A DNA stretch of 64,000 nucleotides from Leucoraja erinacea (taxonomy: Eukaryota): assembly GCF_028641065.1 (NCBI RefSeq), contig NC_073392.1, positions 23,374,001 to 23,438,000 on the forward strand, given 5' to 3'. The position numbers were made by a program, and so were the translations under genes. Position 1 is the first letter of the stretch; every line of letters starts with the position of its first letter. The notes below the pieces were generated by a model, which saw only the letters and a list, made by a program, of their open reading frames with translations, was not told the DNA's origin and made no database searches. This document shows, piece by piece, positions 11,138 to 64,000 of the stretch.

Positions 11138-11930
11138 AGGGCCAGTCCCACTTAGGTGACTTTTCAGCGGGCTGCCTGCGACCTTCAAAACCACGAACTG
11201 GAACGGCGACCGTCAGAGCGGATCTCACACACACACGGCGGGGGCCACACACAGCGGGGGAGCGCTGTCACACACACGCACGGTGTAAAGCCAAGCACGC
11301 ACACGCACACACGCCGCGATGAACAGGACACACACCCAAGACGGCACCCACACCCAGTGTACGTACACCCCGACCTTTAAACCTAGCACCCACACCCACA
11401 CACACACAGGGGAGAGAAGGGGGGGGAGATGGGAGGGACAAAAGTGGGGAGAAGGAGTGGAGATACTTTTAAGAAGCCAGACAACTTTTAATAAGCCAGA
11501 GATACACAGCTGTGAGGTTTGGCGGGCATTTAACATTACCGGTCGGTTTTCCTTGGTTCTGAAAACTCGTGCTTACATTTTCTTTTCCCCAATGAGCCAA
11601 TGAAAATGCCCGGTCAGCAAAGGAGATTAACTAAAACTACCTACGACTACCTTGAATAACATGTATAACTACATGGCGACCCCACTACAACTGCACCTAT
11701 GGCTACAGGATTATCGATTTTCTCCATTGCGACCAATTTTTGAATGTTGAAAAATTTGCTGCGACCATACTGAGGCCACGACTAGTTCCCAGAATGCGGG
11801 AACTCCTCGCGACCATGAAGGAGACTCACCAGAGACCACCAGCGAACATGTGGCGACCATGTGACGATCATGAGGCGAGCGCAGAGTCTCCTGCACTCGC
11901 CTAAAAAGTCGCTTAAGAGGGACAGGCCCT
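11138..11930. mobile_element. Non-autonomous PIF/Harbinger-like element
   Basis: ~27-bp TIRs AGGGCCAGTCCCACTTAGGTGACTTTT / AAAAGTCGCTTAAGAGGGACAGGCCCT; TTA TSD on both sides; internal CA-rich tract. Confidence 0.85.
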
Positions 11931-12164
11931 TTACTGTTCTATATTCAGGACTAGTTTCCTTTCTCACCCCACTTTTAATAATTGTTCTTTTGTACCAGTT
12001 TATACATTTTTGCTACCATTCATTACAATACTGTGTAGTGTAAGACACTTCTATGCATACATTAAAATCAAAAGAGATAACTAGGGAGAGGGTAGGACTC
12101 TTTGAGGATAATGGAGGGATAATGTCAGCTGTTTCAGTACTGCCAATGTCTTTTATGATTCCAG

Positions 12165-63698
<51,534 letters not shown>

Positions 63699-64000
63699 GT
63701 AAGAAGTGGAGGTTGGAAACAAGCAATGGAAAGTAACAAGATATAGGATAAGTCTAGATGCTTATTCATTTTCCAAATACAGTAGTATCATCCCTTGGAG
63801 TGAGTCAGCTGGACAACATTCAAGCTCTGACATTGAATCTTTTATCCTCAATTGTATCCGATCAGTGTTGGCACCTTCCCTGCTTGTCTAGATGTTTCTT
63901 AAATAATGTAAATCTCCACCACCCTCTCTGATTCCAACCACTCTCAGTGTGAAAAACAAAATCCTTTTCACATCCCTTCTAAGGCTACTATTCTCACTTT

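Overview
Eukaryotic (vertebrate) genomic DNA, most likely from a cartilaginous fish such as a skate or ray, inferred from its repeat families (CR1/HER1-type LINEs, HE1/V-SINEs, Penelope pLTRs). The window lies inside one + strand gene, a voltage-gated calcium channel alpha2delta-2-like subunit (CACNA2D2-like). Thirteen GT-AG exons (12165-63698, 1115 nt, phases consistent) encode the dCache1/VWA region with intact MIDAS and RRR motifs. The introns are filled with mobile DNA. There are two antisense DIRS1-type tyrosine-recombinase retrotransposons: one is young and near-intact but cut by the window edge, the other has complete ITR/ICR ends but lacks gag. Also present are a full-length Passport-like Tc1, Harbinger and hAT non-autonomous elements with TSDs, CR1 and Rex1-like LINEs, SINEs, and many short Penelope-derived units carrying minimal hammerhead-ribozyme-like motifs. 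Most ORFs in the supplied track are spurious or are TE fragments. No database searches were run, so family names come from recognised motifs.
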